Positions 12,190 to 25,427 of a stretch of 64,000 nt of DNA are shown here, piece after piece (within the stretch, counting starts at the first letter, position 1; each line of letters opens with the position of its first letter). This DNA is from Narcine bancroftii (lineage: Eukaryota): the NCBI RefSeq assembly GCF_036971445.1, contig NC_091471.1, positions 261,330,001 through 261,394,000 of the forward strand. The letters are read 5' to 3'. The notes below the pieces were generated by a model. It was not told where the DNA came from, ran no database searches, and saw only the letters and a program-made list of their open reading frames with translations. A program made the translations under genes and the position numbers.

Positions 12190-13312
12190 CCCTAGAGAGA
12201 TAGACCTGTACCCACCAACATTCCAGCACAGTCTTAGAAGCAGGTGAGTATGGAATTACAGAATCAGCTGAAAAGAGGCCATTCAACCCTATTTATTGAT
12301 GACTAGTCTACCACATTTCTCTTTTCCAGACACACTCTTTAGCACTGCAAGTCACAGACCTGGTCCCACAGGATTATGCAGTGATAGACACTGGTATCCA
12401 AGTGCTATGCGTTGAGAGATATGTCTCCAGCAGTTTTATTTACACCCTAGTGTTAATAAATAAAAGTGGCTTAATTCAAATGTATTACCATCATGTCCTG
12501 GATGTTGATATTGCTCCCCTGGTGATCAACCTCCTAGCTGGAAACACTAATTGGTAAATCTTTCCAGATATTGAGTGAGGTTTCTCATCACTGTTTACAG
12601 TTTCGAATGTCGCTCTCACGCTGCAGCGGCCCACACACAGCTGCACTCTGCAACAAGACTGTTGACACGAACAGAGTCAGTGTTGGGACTGCAACTCTTT
12701 CGGTTGCCACAGAATCTGATCCACATGAATTAGTACTGGGCAGGTGCCCTTAGGGCAGATCATGATCCAGAATTCCAGGTGTGCACGCAATTGCTAGATC
12801 GGCTGCTCTGTGTTTGGGGCTTATCCATTGCAAAGTACTGCAGTTGGTGATGCAAGATTTCCAATGACAGCCTTCAGGATTGGTGCAGCAAATGAGGCCC
12901 ATTGACCCCTTTGAGCCTGTGATAGCATTTTGGTAATTAATGAATCCCACTCATATTTTTAATTCACACAGTTCTGTAATTTTTCCTTTTGAAGTATTTC
13001 TCCAATTTCCTTTTAAAAGATCGCATTGAATTTGCTTTTACCGCACTTTCAAGCAATTCTTCACAACACATGATATGATTGGATTTAGGTGCAAAGATCT
13101 TTAGATTATAGGGGAAAGGAGGATGAAGGGTGGTGGTTTCAGATTCTTATCAAAAAAGACACAAGACACGCAGGAAACTGCAATCTAGAACAACAATCTC
13201 AGCAGGTCGAGCAGCAATAGGATAAAAATTGGTTACCGTTTTGGATACAAACCCTCAATCAAGAGTTTGTAAAAAAAAAAATAAGATCGCATTTCTGCAG
13301 TGAGGTGCTGAC

Positions 13313-16300
13313 GCTTGCGAGTGAATTCGGAAATCCAAATGGAGAGGGGAGATGTGGTTGTCCGACAAGGGATAAAGGACAACTCAGGAGGGGAAGGGGG
13401 GATTGGGGCTAAAGGAGTTTTAAATAGGAGAATAAGGAAAATGTTTGATGTTTTAGGAATGTTGTCTTATAAAGGATTCAAAACAAGAAAACAGAAATGG
13501 ATAAGAAGGAAAGGTGATGATGAGGAAATGGAAAGGAAGATAAACAAAGTATGAAATGGCTATGTTGAACTATATGACTTTAAATATTAACGGAATACAT
13601 AACCAAATCAAAAGGAAGAAACTGCTAAATTTACTGAAAAAAGAAAAAATTGATATAGCATTCGAGCAAGAAACACATTTAATTGAAATGGAGCATAAGA
13701 AATTAAAGAGAGATTGGGTAGGACATGTAACAGCAGCGTCATATAATTCAAAAGCTAGAGGAGTAGCTATATTAATCAGTAAAAATTTACCAATTAAAAT
13801 AGAAGGGGAAATAATAGATCCAGCAGGGAGATATGTAATGTTAAAATGTCAGATATATTCAGAGTTTCGGAATTTACTCAATGTATATTCACCTAACGAA
13901 GAAGATCAAAAATTTATGCAAGATATTTTTTTGAAGATAGCAGACACGCAAGGGAACATATTAATAGGAGGGGATTTCAACCTAAATTTGGATTCAAACA
14001 TGGATAAAACTGGGAAAAAAATTAACAGAAAGAACAAAGTAACCAAATTTATAAGTAAATCGATGGAAGAAATGCAACTTTTGGATATATGGAGGAAACA
14101 ACACCCAAAGGAAAAGGAATATTCATATTACTCGGCTAGACATAAAACATACTCAAGAATAGACCTATTTTTGTTATCAGCTCGTATGCAAGATAGAGTA
14201 AGAAAAACAGAATATAAAGCTAGAATATTATCGGACCATTCACCCTTAATATTGACAATAAAGTTAGAGGACATCCCTCCAAGAATGTATAGATGGAGAT
14301 TAAACTCCATGTTACTCAAAAGGCAGGATTTTAGAGAATTCATTGAAAGACAAATTAAAATGAATTTTGAAATAAACACGGAATCAGTGAAAGATAAGTT
14401 TATACTATGGGATGCAATGAAAGCGTTCATTAGAGGGCAAATAATAAGTTAAGTAACCAAGATGAAGAAGGACTATAATCAGGAAACAGAGCAGTTGGAA
14501 AGGGAAATAGTAAATATAGAAAAAGAATTAGCAATGAAGGAAGACACAACCAAAAGAAGAGAATTGGCAGATAAAAAAATAAAATATGAAAGACTACAAA
14601 CATATAAGGTGGAGAAGAACATAATGAAGACAAAACAGAAATATTATGAACTAGGAGAAAAAACGCACAAAATTCTAGCATGGCAGCTTAAGACAGAACA
14701 AACTAAGAGAATGGTATTAGCATCAAGGAAAAAAGACAAACAAATCACATATAATCCAACGGAGATTAATGAAAACTTTAGAGGATTCTATGAACAATTA
14801 TACCAAACTGAAAATGAAGGGAAAGAAGGGAAAATAGATGAATTTTTAACTAAAATTGAACTACCAAATTTACAAATAGAGGAACAAAATAAATTAACAG
14901 AACCATTTGAAATAGTAGAAATACAAGAGATAATAAAAAAACTATCAAATAATAAAACACCAGGAGAGGATGGATTCCCAATAGAATTCTATAAAACATT
15001 TAAAGATTTATTAATTCCTCCCCTTCTGGAAGTAATCAACCAGATTGACAAAACACAAAGCTTACCAGATTCATGCAAAACAGCAATAATTACAGTAATA
15101 CCAAAGACAGGGAAAGATCCACTCGCACCAGCGTCATATAGACCATTATCTTTACTACACAGATTATAAGATAATAGCTAAACTATTAGCAAACAGATTA
15201 GCCGATTATGTACCTAAAATAGTAAATCTAGACCAAACTGGATTTATTAAAAAAAGACGAACAACAGACAATATTTGTAAATTTATTAACTTAATTCATG
15301 CAGTAGAAGGGAGTAAAGCGCCAACAGTAGCAGTTGCTTTAGACGCACTAATGACAGAGTAGAATGGAATTATTTATTCAAAGTATTACAAAAATCCAGT
15401 TTACCAGAGAAGTATATTAATTGGATTAAAGTATTATATAAGGGGCCAATGGCGAAAGTGACAGTAAATGGATATATATCAAAGCAATTTAACTTAAGCA
15501 GATCAACAAGGCAGGGATGCCCACTATCACCCTTATTGTTCACGTTAGCTATGGAACCACTAGCAGAATTGATAAGAACAGAAAATAAAATAAAAGGGAT
15601 AAAAATAAAAGACAAGGAATATAAAATCAGTTTATTTGCAGATGACGTTATAATATACTTAACAGAACCAGAATTATCAATAAAAGAATTACATAAGAAA
15701 TTGAAGGAATATGGAGAAGTGTCGGGTTACAAGATTAACGCAAATAAAAGTGAAGCAATGCCAATGAATAATGCGGATTTCTCAAAATTTAAGAAAGAAT
15801 CACCATTTAGATGGCAAATGCAAGCAATATGATACCTAGGTATACAAATAAATAAAAACCTCAAATTATTATATAAACTCAATTATTATCCACTAATGAA
15901 AAAATTACAGGACGACTTAGAGCATTGGAAAGACTTACCACTAACACTAATAGGAAGGATAAACTGTATTAAAATGAACATTTTCCCAAGGATACAATAC
16001 CTATTTCAGGCATTGCCAATACACTTGACGGAGGAATTCTTCAAGGAGTTAAAGAAAATAATAAGGAAATTTTTATGGAAAGGGGGGAAACCGAGGATAG
16101 CACTAGATAAATTAACAGAATGGTATAAACAAGGAGGCTTACAACTGCCAAACTTTAAAAATTATTATAGAGCCGCACAATTAAGATACCTATCAGATTT
16201 TTATCAAACAAGGGAAAAGCCAGATTGGACTAGATTAGAACTAGATAAAATTGGGGAGAAGATACCTGAACATATATTATATAAATGGGATGAAAAATTG

Positions 16301-17615
16301 TTACAACGTAGGAATTCTCCAGTATTACAGCATCTGCTCAATATTTGGGAGAAGATTCATGTAGAAAGGAATAAAACAAATTACCAATTACCAAAACTAT
16401 TACTGACACAAAATCAGTTAATCCCTTTTACAATAGATAACTTTTCCTTAAGAGAATGGGAGAAAAAAGGGATCAAAAGAATAGAAAATTGTTTTTCAGG
16501 AAATAAATTACTATCCTTTGAACAAATGAAGAATAAATATAATATAACTCAAGATACAGTGTTGGCATACTACCAACTGAAATCCTACTTGAACGACAAA
16601 TTGGGAAGCAGTCTAAGGTTACCAGAGGGAAGTAATTTTGAATATGTGATTACAGATACAATGATAATCAAAAAATTTATAACAAATATGTATATTAAAC
16701 TGCAAGAAAAGGAGAATGAGGAAACAAATGGTAAAACTAAACAAAAATGGGAACAAGATTTAAACAAAGATAAAGAAGGAAACATGGAAGAAGTTGTGCT
16801 CTGGAACTATGAGAAATACAATAATCACGAGGTTACGTATGATACAATATAACTGGATACACAGGCTATACATTACACCTCAAAAGTTAAATAAATGGGA
16901 CCCAACAGTATCTGACAGATGTTTTCGTTGTAAAAAAGAAATGGGAACAACAATTCATGCTATCTGGACGTGTGAGAAAGTGAAAAAATTTTGGGAAGAT
17001 CTAAAACAGATATTAAATAAAATTACAGAAAGCAATATACCAAAAAACCCAGAGATCTTCCTCCTAAGTAACATAAAAAACAAAGAATTTGGACTTGATT
17101 TGGATGGTGCACAAAAAAGATTTGTTGGGATAGCCGTAGCCGTAGCAAAAAAATGTATTATGTCAGCCTGGAAATTAGAAGATAACTTGAGAATACAACA
17201 ATGGTATATAGAAATGAATAAATGTATTCCATTAGAAAAAAAATAACATATAATTTAAGAAATAATATTGCAATATTTGAACAAATATGTGAGCCATACA
17301 TGAAACACAATAGAGAAAACCTACCGGGGATATCTGCCACCTAAAATGACAGAAGGAGAAGGAAATGAAAAGAATTGACTCAGTGGAACTTCTTGTTTAT
17401 TTTTATTGAGTGACAACATTGTTTGACTGGTTTAATGTATCTTAGATTCTGTATTTTAAATGAATGGGAGGGGAGGTAGGGAGGGTGGGATGGGAAGAGG
17501 GGGGTGAGGGGAGAAAACGACACTGTATATATTTGAAAAGGAAAATGTATGTATCTTGATCAATGTGGTTTATGATGTGAAAAATTTTTAAAAATTATAA
17601 AAAGGATTAATAAAA
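13313..17615 (+). mobile_element. L1-clade LINE, 5'-truncated (no ORF1), young, antisense to the SK gene
   Basis: A-rich strand with near-complete ORF2, G-rich 3' UTR and A-rich tail. Possible TSD aggtgYtgac at 13303-13312 / 17616-17625. Confidence 0.93.
13556..17344 (+). pseudogene. L1 ORF2 (APE endonuclease - reverse transcriptase - CCHC), disrupted
   Basis: EN motifs TLNINGI, QETH, GGDFN, SRID, SDHSP. RT motifs PGEDGFPIEFY, YRPLSLL, QGCPLSPLLF, LFADD. C-terminal CFRC..HAIWTC. In-frame stops at 14450-14452 and 15830-15832 plus several small frameshifts/deletions. Confidence 0.93.
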
Positions 17616-18145
17616 AGGTGTTGACCAAAGCTAACAATATGGCTGTAAATTTGGGCAAAAAGAATGTAAACAAGTTCTTTAAAATGAAAAGGGAAAAATG
17701 AAAAAACAAGTGGGGAAGCAAGACCAGCAGGATAGGAGGAAGTGAGGTAGTGTGGGAGGGGTAGGACATGTGACACAATATCCTGAAACAGGATAGAAAG
17801 GGTGCAGGAAGATAGGGTGGGAGCAAGACTGGGAGGGAAGCAGAGAGGGAGAGAGACAGGGAGAGAGGGAGATGGTGAGGGAGGAGGGGCAATGTATCAT
17901 GCAGAAGGAGGGCAGAGGAATCATTCAGAGATGGAGGGAATAGTTAAATAAAGGGATGAAAGCAATAACAATATAGATTGTGGGCTGAAGGATAATGGGA
18001 GAGGCAGTTCCTCTTCACAAGCAATAAACACCAGTGGGCAAAATACCATGGCCTCACCAGTGACACAAGAAAATGGATTTTTGAGAGTTAAAAGCTTGCG
18101 ATTCTGGGGAGGCGAATTAAGAGATTTCAACCATGCAGGTACCTA

Positions 18146-19723
18146 TAGTGCTTTCCATAATGTTTGGAATGAAGACACATTTTCCCTTTATTTACCCCAT
18201 TGCTCCACAGTTTTAAATTTGTAATCAAACAATTCACATGTAATTAAAGTTCACATTCCACATTTTATTGCAGGTTATTTGCACACATTTTGGTCTGACC
18301 ATGTAGAAATTACAACACTTTTTATACCTCATTTCAGGGCACCATACATAATGTTTGGATCATTTGGCTTCACAGGTGTATGTGAGTACTCAGGTATTTT
18401 TAATTGTTTCATTGGTGCAGGTATAAGAGAGCTAGACTTTGCTGCTAAGATTTTGATCAGCTTTGGAGTCTGTAGTTGTCATTTTTCAAACGAGGACCAG
18501 AGTTGTGCCAATGAAAGTCAAAGAAGCCCGTTATGAGGCTGAAAAACAAGATTAAAACAATAAGAGACATTACCCAAACCTTAGGATTACCAAAATGAAC
18601 TATTTAGAACATCCTTAAGAGGAAACACCATAGTAGTGGTGAGCTCAGAAATCGCAAAGAGACTGGTCGGCCAAGGAAGATCTCCACTGCTGATGACAGA
18701 AGAACTCTCATCATCATGAAGAAAAATCCCCAGATGCTTGGCCAACGGATCAGAAACCCTCAGGAGGCAGGCGTTGATGTGTCACTGACTACTCTCCGCA
18801 GAAGACTTCAAACAGGAATACAGAGGCATCGCTGCAAGATGCAAACCAACTAGTTACCACACAAAGGACGGCCAGATTACAGTTTGCCAATAAATATTTA
18901 AAAGAGCTTGCAGAATTCTGGAAAAAGGTCTTGAGGACACACGAGACCAACATTTACCTGCATCAGAGTGATGGCAAGAGCAAAGTGTAGAGGCATAAAG
19001 GAACTGCCGAAGGTCTAAAGCTATCACCTTTGCCATGGTAGCCTCTATATTTCCATTCACAAAGTCTTCTGTGGACAGTAGCCATTAACACATCCACATC
19101 CACCTTGTGAAGAGCATTTCTGATCTGTCAGATATCCATTTGGGGATTTTTCTTCACTATGATGAGAATTCATCATCAGTGGAGATCTTCCTTGGAATGC
19201 CAATCCTTTGTAATCATTGAGCTCACCAGTACACTCTCTCAAGATGTTCTAAACCGTCAATTTTGGTAATCCTCAGGTTTGGACGATGTCTCTTACTGTT
19301 TTATTCTTGTTTTTCAGCCTCATAATGGCTTTGTTTTTCAGCCTCATAATGGCTTCTTTGACTTTCATTGGCAAAACTCTGGTCCTCATGTTGAAAAATG
19401 GAAACTCCAAAGGTGATCAAAAGCTTAGAACCAAGCCTAGCTCTCTTTTACCTGCACCAATGAAGCAATTAAACATACCCGAGTGCTCATAAACAACCGT
19501 GAAGCCAAGTGTCCCAAACATTATTGTGCCCTGAAATGAAAGGACTAAGTTCTGTAATTTCTACATGGTCAAACCCAAATGTGTACAAAAAGCTCTTAAT
19601 AAAATCTGGTATGTGCACTTTAATCACATGTGAATTGTTTGATTACAAATTTAAAATGGTTAAGCCCAGGGGCAAATTAAGGGAAAAAATGTATCTTTGT
19701 CCCAAACATTGTGGAGGGCACTG
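18146..19723. mobile_element. Palindromic Tc1-like transposon derivative (IR/DR type)
   Basis: Flanked by TA at 18144-18145 and 19724-19725. Ends tagtgctttccataatgtttgg / ccaaacattgtggagggcactg, with an internal direct repeat cataatgtttgg at ~18347. Transposase relic GRPRKISTADDRR at ~18665. 19061-19723 is an inverted copy of 18146-~18810. Confidence 0.85.
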
Positions 19724-21254
19724 TATTGATGTTTTGATGTACAATAGTCAGTTAGAGTAGCAATTAACACTGCTTTCTACCTTAACCCTCTTTACTTGAT
19801 GTGGTTTTGTAACACTCGTACCCAATAAAGCCTTGTCACTTCCAAGTTTGATCGTTTATTTAACATCAAACCTCAGCACATATTGTGAGAGATAAATTCC
19901 AGATTTCCACAGGCCACTCTATGAGAGAATATTTCCTGGCTCATGTTTAAGGTTTTGGCTCATTGTTGTGGACAACTCTTTCCACTTTCTCTGCTCAACC
20001 TCATCTTAAACATTTCAACGGGTTCATCCTTTAATCTTCGATGGTCAAAGGATTGTAAACCCAATTTACGCAACCTGCCCTTACAAATTAACCCTTTCAG
20101 TCCAGCCACCATTTGGACGAATCTTCACAATACTTCTCCCACGCCAATCTTGACTTCCCAAGGGTCGGTAGCTAAAATTTAAGCCTATTCTCCAGGTGCG
20201 GTCGAAGCAGAGTTCTGTGCAGGTACTGACATGTATTCAAATACATAGTGCAATTGGTAGATATTGCCAAGGTTTATTTACATCTAGGACTCCAAGCAAC
20301 CTGCAGTCAATTTCTTTCTGCTTTTATGTGAGGGACTTGATCCACCCATCATTTTTGAGTGAGGCAGCAATCCAGCTACAACTGCAGGAAGAGGGATTTG
20401 ATTTGCTGCATTGAATTATTGTTGTTCAATTCTCTGAGGTACGACACTTGAATCACAAAATGGTGCATGGGACACATGCAATTTTCTGGTTGGGCTGAAA
20501 AATTGGTAACCTGGTTAGATTTACTCCAATTGTCTGCACAAGAACAATGACAAATATACTATCCATCTCGAAAATGCAGCCTGCGCACACTAAAAGAAAA
20601 AAAAACCCTCTCGCCACCATCAGTGCACTGTGGCTGCAGTGTGTGCCAGCTACAAAAACGTACTGCAGCAACTAGCTTGGCTCACTCTGACGGTACCTCC
20701 CACACCTATAGCCATCAATGAGATGGGCAAGAGCAGTACATCAACTGTGCTCCTCTTTCACACTCGGTTTAACTCCTGGAAATCCCTCTGGTGCAGCGTC
20801 GTGAAAATACCCCCATCAAAAGGACTGCAACGGTTTAAGGAGGCGGTTCACCACCATCTCAAGGACAGATAGGAGAAAGCAGTAGTAGTTCATAGAAGTA
20901 GTTTCCAAAAAAACAAATTTAAGATGTTAATAATGTCTGTGCAAGAGAGTGGACTTAAATGAAATAGAGTTGAGGGATATCAGAATAGGTAGGGTTGGGG
21001 GTTGAGCACATGGGGAGAAGGTAGGTATGCAGGGTCACATGTGTAAGTGGGGCTGCGTAAAGGCAAATTGGTTAGGAGATATAGAGTTCTATGACAGGGA
21101 AACATCTCTGCTGACCAAGCTAATCCTATTTGCTTACGTTTGGGCCATGACCCTCTCAACCATTCCTATGTACTCTCTAAATGTCTTTTTTTTTAAACAT
21201 TACTATTGTCCTTGCTTATCTTCCTCTGGCAATTTGTTCTAAATACCGACATCA

Positions 21255-22085
21255 CTGCTCATCAATAACAATGTAGTAGAGAGAGTGGAGAGCACCAAGT
21301 TCCTTGGAGTTCAATTAAATAGCGACCTATCGTGGACACTCAACATCTCCCCACTTTTCAGGAAGGTACAAGAGCGGCTGCAGTTCCTGAGAAGACTGAT
21401 ATAGGGCAGTTAACCATATTAACAATTACTGCACAGAAACAGGCCAGTTCAGCCCTTCTAGTCCATGCTGAACACCTTTTCCCACCTAGTCCCATTGACC
21501 CACACCCAGCCCATAACCTTCCATACCTCTCTCATCTATACACCAATCCAACTTTAAATATTAAAATCAGACCGTGCATCTGCCACTTTGGCTGGAAGAC
21601 CATTCCAGTTGCTGCAGAGAAATTGATTGAAGGTCAATCCACAGGACCATAAGAGTGGCAGAGGGGATCAATGGAGTCTTCTTTCCCACCTCCCCCCCCC
21701 CACTGACATGATCTACTGGGATCATAGTCTGAAGAGGGCATGCAAAATCATTAACAACCCTTTTCACCCCGCACGCAGCATCCTTCAACTGCTACCATCA
21801 GGAAAAAGATACAGGAGTATCAGAGCCAGCACCACCAGGCTGAGGAGCAGCTTCTTTCACAGATGGTGAGAATGCTGAACGACCAAAGGAACAACTCACA
21901 TGAACCATCCAAGACTCTAATATTCATGAAATAATAGTTATTTATCTGCATGTAGGAATACTTGTCCTGCATATGTACTGTTTGTCTGTATGTGTGCTAT
22001 GTCTGGTTGTGTATCTGTGCATTGAGAACTGGAGATGCTGTTTCATCGTGTTGTACTTGTGCAATCAGATGACAATAAACTTGAT
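21255..22085 (+). mobile_element. Rex1/Babar LINE 3' fragment with an inserted minus-strand CR1-type 3' piece (~21420-21590)
   Basis: HPARSILQLLPSGKRYRSIRASTTRLRSSFF C-terminal motif; tail aataaacttg. Confidence 0.8.
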
Positions 22086-22089
22086 GCCT

Positions 22090-23400
22090 CTGTATGAAGG
22101 TGCCTCTCAGGTCCCCACTAATCTTAAATCTATGCTCTCTAGTTTTAGACTCCTCTATTCTGGGGCAAAGACTTTACCTATGCCCTTCATGGTTTTATAA
22201 TCTTTCATAAAGGTCCCCGCTTACCCTCCTACACTCCAGGGACCTGCCTACTCACAGTTCCTGCAGCATTCTCGTGAATCTTTTCTGCCCCCATTCCAGA
22301 TTAATGGCATCTTTCATTTGGCCTAGTGACCAGAACTACACTTAATATGCTAAGTGCGATCTCACCAGTGTCTTGCAACATTGCTCCTGTACTCAAAGCC
22401 CTGACTAATGAAAGTAGGTGTGCCAAATAACTTTTTCATCACCCTGTCTACCTGTGCCTCCACTTGCATGGAACCATGTAGCTGCACCCCAAGTGTCTTT
22501 GTTCTACAACACTTCCCAGGGCCCTACCATTCACCATGCAAATAGTGCTCTGGTTTGACCTTCTAAAGTGCAACACCTCACAATTATTTGCTAATCTTTG
22601 GTCCACTTCCCAATTCAGCTACCCAGTGGTTCTCAACCATTGTCAACCATTTTCTTTCCACTCACATACTATTTTAAGTATTCCCTATGCCATAGGTGCT
22701 CTGTGATTATTAAGGGATTGCTTAAGGTGGTAGGTGGGTGGAAAGAAAAAGTTTGAAAACTACTGTTTTAATCGCACCTCATTGACTTGTTATGTGCACG
22801 GTTTCAGAACTCCAAAGGAAATGGGCCAATGGCCATTTTTCTCAAGCAAAATAGTTCAGTAACAATTGGGTCTAAACCAGTGATTCTCAACCTTCCCTTC
22901 CCACTCACATACCATCTTAAGCAATCTCTTACTCATCACAGAGCGTCAATGGCATAGGAATTACTTAAAGTAGTATGTGAGTGGAAAGAGAAAGTTTGAG
23001 AACCACTGAGCTAGATCCTGTTGTAATCTGTAGATAATCTTGGTCACTTTCCACTGTACATTTTGGTGTCATCCATAATTTGCTATCTGTGCTAACTACA
23101 TTGTGATTCAAATCATATATAGGCCTCCAATCCTAATACCTCTCCACTACCAAGCCAATTCAGTGTCTAACTGGGCAGCTCACACCAAATCCCATGCATG
23201 TGGGCCTTTTGAACAAACCTACTATGAAGGGCCTTATCAAAGGTATTGCCTAGGTCCACATGATCTACCACCTGCCTTCAATTTTCTTGATCCTCTCTCA
23301 GAGAAGTGTTATGAGTGTCTCTTTTCCCATGCACAAAGTTATGCTGATCGTCCCTCTTCAGTCCTTGCCTTTAATCCCATCCAGTAACTTCTCCACAACT
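22090..23400 (-). mobile_element. Old CR1 LINE remnant containing hAT copy 2
   Basis: Minus-strand CR1 motifs (gatgacaccaaa = DDTK; cagttctggtcac; aaggcccttc). Confidence 0.65.
22624..23008. mobile_element. Non-autonomous hAT composite MITE, copy 2 (inverted relative to copy 1)
   Basis: Termini cagtggttctcaa / ttgagaaccactg; same two-subunit architecture; imperfect TSD (agctacc / agctagat). Confidence 0.8.
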
Positions 23401-24524
23401 GATGGCATTCCTTGGCTTATCCTCAAAGTCTTTGTCAAATCAAAGGACAACTTCAGCACTATGGGCAGAAGGTGGGAGTGCAGGATATGGCTGAAGATCG
23501 ATTCGGTGTGTTTTGGGATACGGAAAGGCTTGGACAATTTGGGGGAACAATGGGAAGGTGGGATTGGAAAAAAACAATGAGGCTTTCTGTGCTGTTACAA
23601 ATTGCCCCTTCAGATGCTTGCTGTAACACTGAACGGATATAAAGCAGTCCTCTGTCATTATCACCTGCTGAATGTTTAATTATGTATATTGAATCGAAGT
23701 TCAAAATAGAACAAATCTTCAAGATAATTGACCTCCTCAGTTCTAGTCCCTTGGCCATATTTAAAAAATGTTTTAAATGTAAATACAGGACATTGAATCT
23801 CGACAATAGACTGAATTCGCCGTTCTGTAGGCAAGGATCTGTGAGTTTCTGGTGGCAAGAATGACATTTGCTGATTTTGGTCTTTAGATTGGGAATTAAC
23901 GGCGATCGATCTGGAAAGAAAAAATGCACGGATTCCTTAGCCTGATGTTGCTTGGAGCAGTTCGGTGTATTTCTCTCCTGGAATAACACACATGTGCTGG
24001 ATAGCAGGGCGCGTGTCGAAACTGGGCAGAAGAAAGCGCCTCACCTCCAAACCCCAGCATCAGCACAAAAGCCGATCTCAAACGAGCGAAGCAGGAAAAG
24101 GCAAGCATGCGATGGGGCGGCTTCACAGAGGGCTATTGTCCTCCTTGTTCGCTCGCTCATTCAGTGGGAGATCGCCCTCCGCATACACAATAACAGAAGC
24201 TGGCTGAACTTAAATAGGGACGCGTGCTGCGGAACAGAATGTGCGAAGATTAACACTGATTTTTCACTCCGATTAATGAGAACCAGGGGGGAATTTATCA
24301 GCGGCGACATTTCACGATAAGGCACCCACCGTCACTCACCCACACCCCTTCCTCTCCTCCCTGTGTATTCTGGGACTGGGTACCACTGCAGCATCAGAGG
24401 GGATAAGACAGAGCGCATGGGATGGAGCAAGTGCCTTGGCTCAGTTCACAGTCCCGATACGTGGACATTGGAAACATCGGACCTCTCACATTCCCTGTAA
24501 ACGTAACCAGACGCACAAGCGCGG

Positions 24525-24794
24525 NNNNNNNNNNNNNNNNNNNNNNNNNNNNNNNNNNNNNNNNNNNNNNNNNNNNNNNNNNNNNNNNNNNNNNNNNNNN
24601 NNNNNNNNNNNNNNNNNNNNNNNNNNNNNNNNNNNNNNNNNNNNNNNNNNNNNNNNNNNNNNNNNNNNNNNNNNNNNNNNNNNNNNNNNNNNNNNNNNNN
24701 NNNNNNNNNNNNNNNNNNNNNNNNNNNNNNNNNNNNNNNNNNNNNNNNNNNNNNNNNNNNNNNNNNNNNNNNNNNNNNNNNNNNNNNNNNNNNN
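24525..24794. other. Assembly gap (270 N)
   Basis: Run of N. Confidence 1.
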
Positions 24795-24886
24795 GCAAAT
24801 ATGAAGAAGGGCGCACATACTTCGAGGCACATACTGACAGAAAGCTCATACACCTACACCCCCTACACACATTTACTCGCACACTC

Positions 24887-24924
<38 letters not shown>

Positions 24925-25083
24925 GGGGTGCGTAAAGACAAATATAGAGAGGCATACACATACAGTAACACCGGCAGGGAGACTTACACTGAAATTGACA
25001 GAATGCGAGACACAGAAACTCACACGGACGCATTCACGCCCCTAACAAACCTCGGTACACACTCACAGACACAAGAGCACAAA

Positions 25084-25163
<80 letters not shown>

Positions 25164-25427
25164 CTGCAGCAATGCGATATATCACCGCTGCCTGCCTCTT
25201 TCCTGCGGGATGAATTTAGAGCCTTACAATCTTCACAGAAAACAGTGCACACACAGTTTCACGACATTCGCCACCGGCTCCGGTTGATTAACCTTGCTCG
25301 GGGGAAGGACCTGGTGCTCCTAGGCATTGCTTCCACATCGGAGGTCCCGGGATGAACATTCACAGAGATGGTTGGTTAGCAAGAAGACAGGACGGTGTTC
25401 AGAACGGTGTGTGTGTGTGTGTGTGTG
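24887..25427. repeat. Microsatellite cluster: (AG)n 24887-24922, (CT)n-(CA)n 25084-25160, (TG)n ~25407-25427
   Basis: Directly visible dinucleotide runs near the 5' end of the SK intron. Confidence 0.95.

Larger units (their letters stand above)
10700..12455. repeat. Highly degenerate ~43-bp tandem repeat array interrupted by a SINE and a hAT element
   Basis: A recurring unit approximating agacctgtacccaccagtactgtaccccagtgttatacagtgac. The anchor 'agac' lies at 11221, 11264 and 11307 (43-bp spacing); the unit reappears at ~12200 and ~12355. Confidence 0.65.

Noticed and set aside
10700-12455. CRISPR-like array
   Set aside because: Vertebrate DNA with no cas genes. The periodicity involves whole degenerate units, not constant repeats with unique spacers.
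23451-23472. REST/RE1-like motif ttcagcactatgggcagaagg
   Set aside because: The right half departs from GGACAGCGCC at key positions; too weak to call.
24394-25045. Long ORFs across the N gap (also 49248-49518)
   Set aside because: Open only because of Ns and microsatellites.
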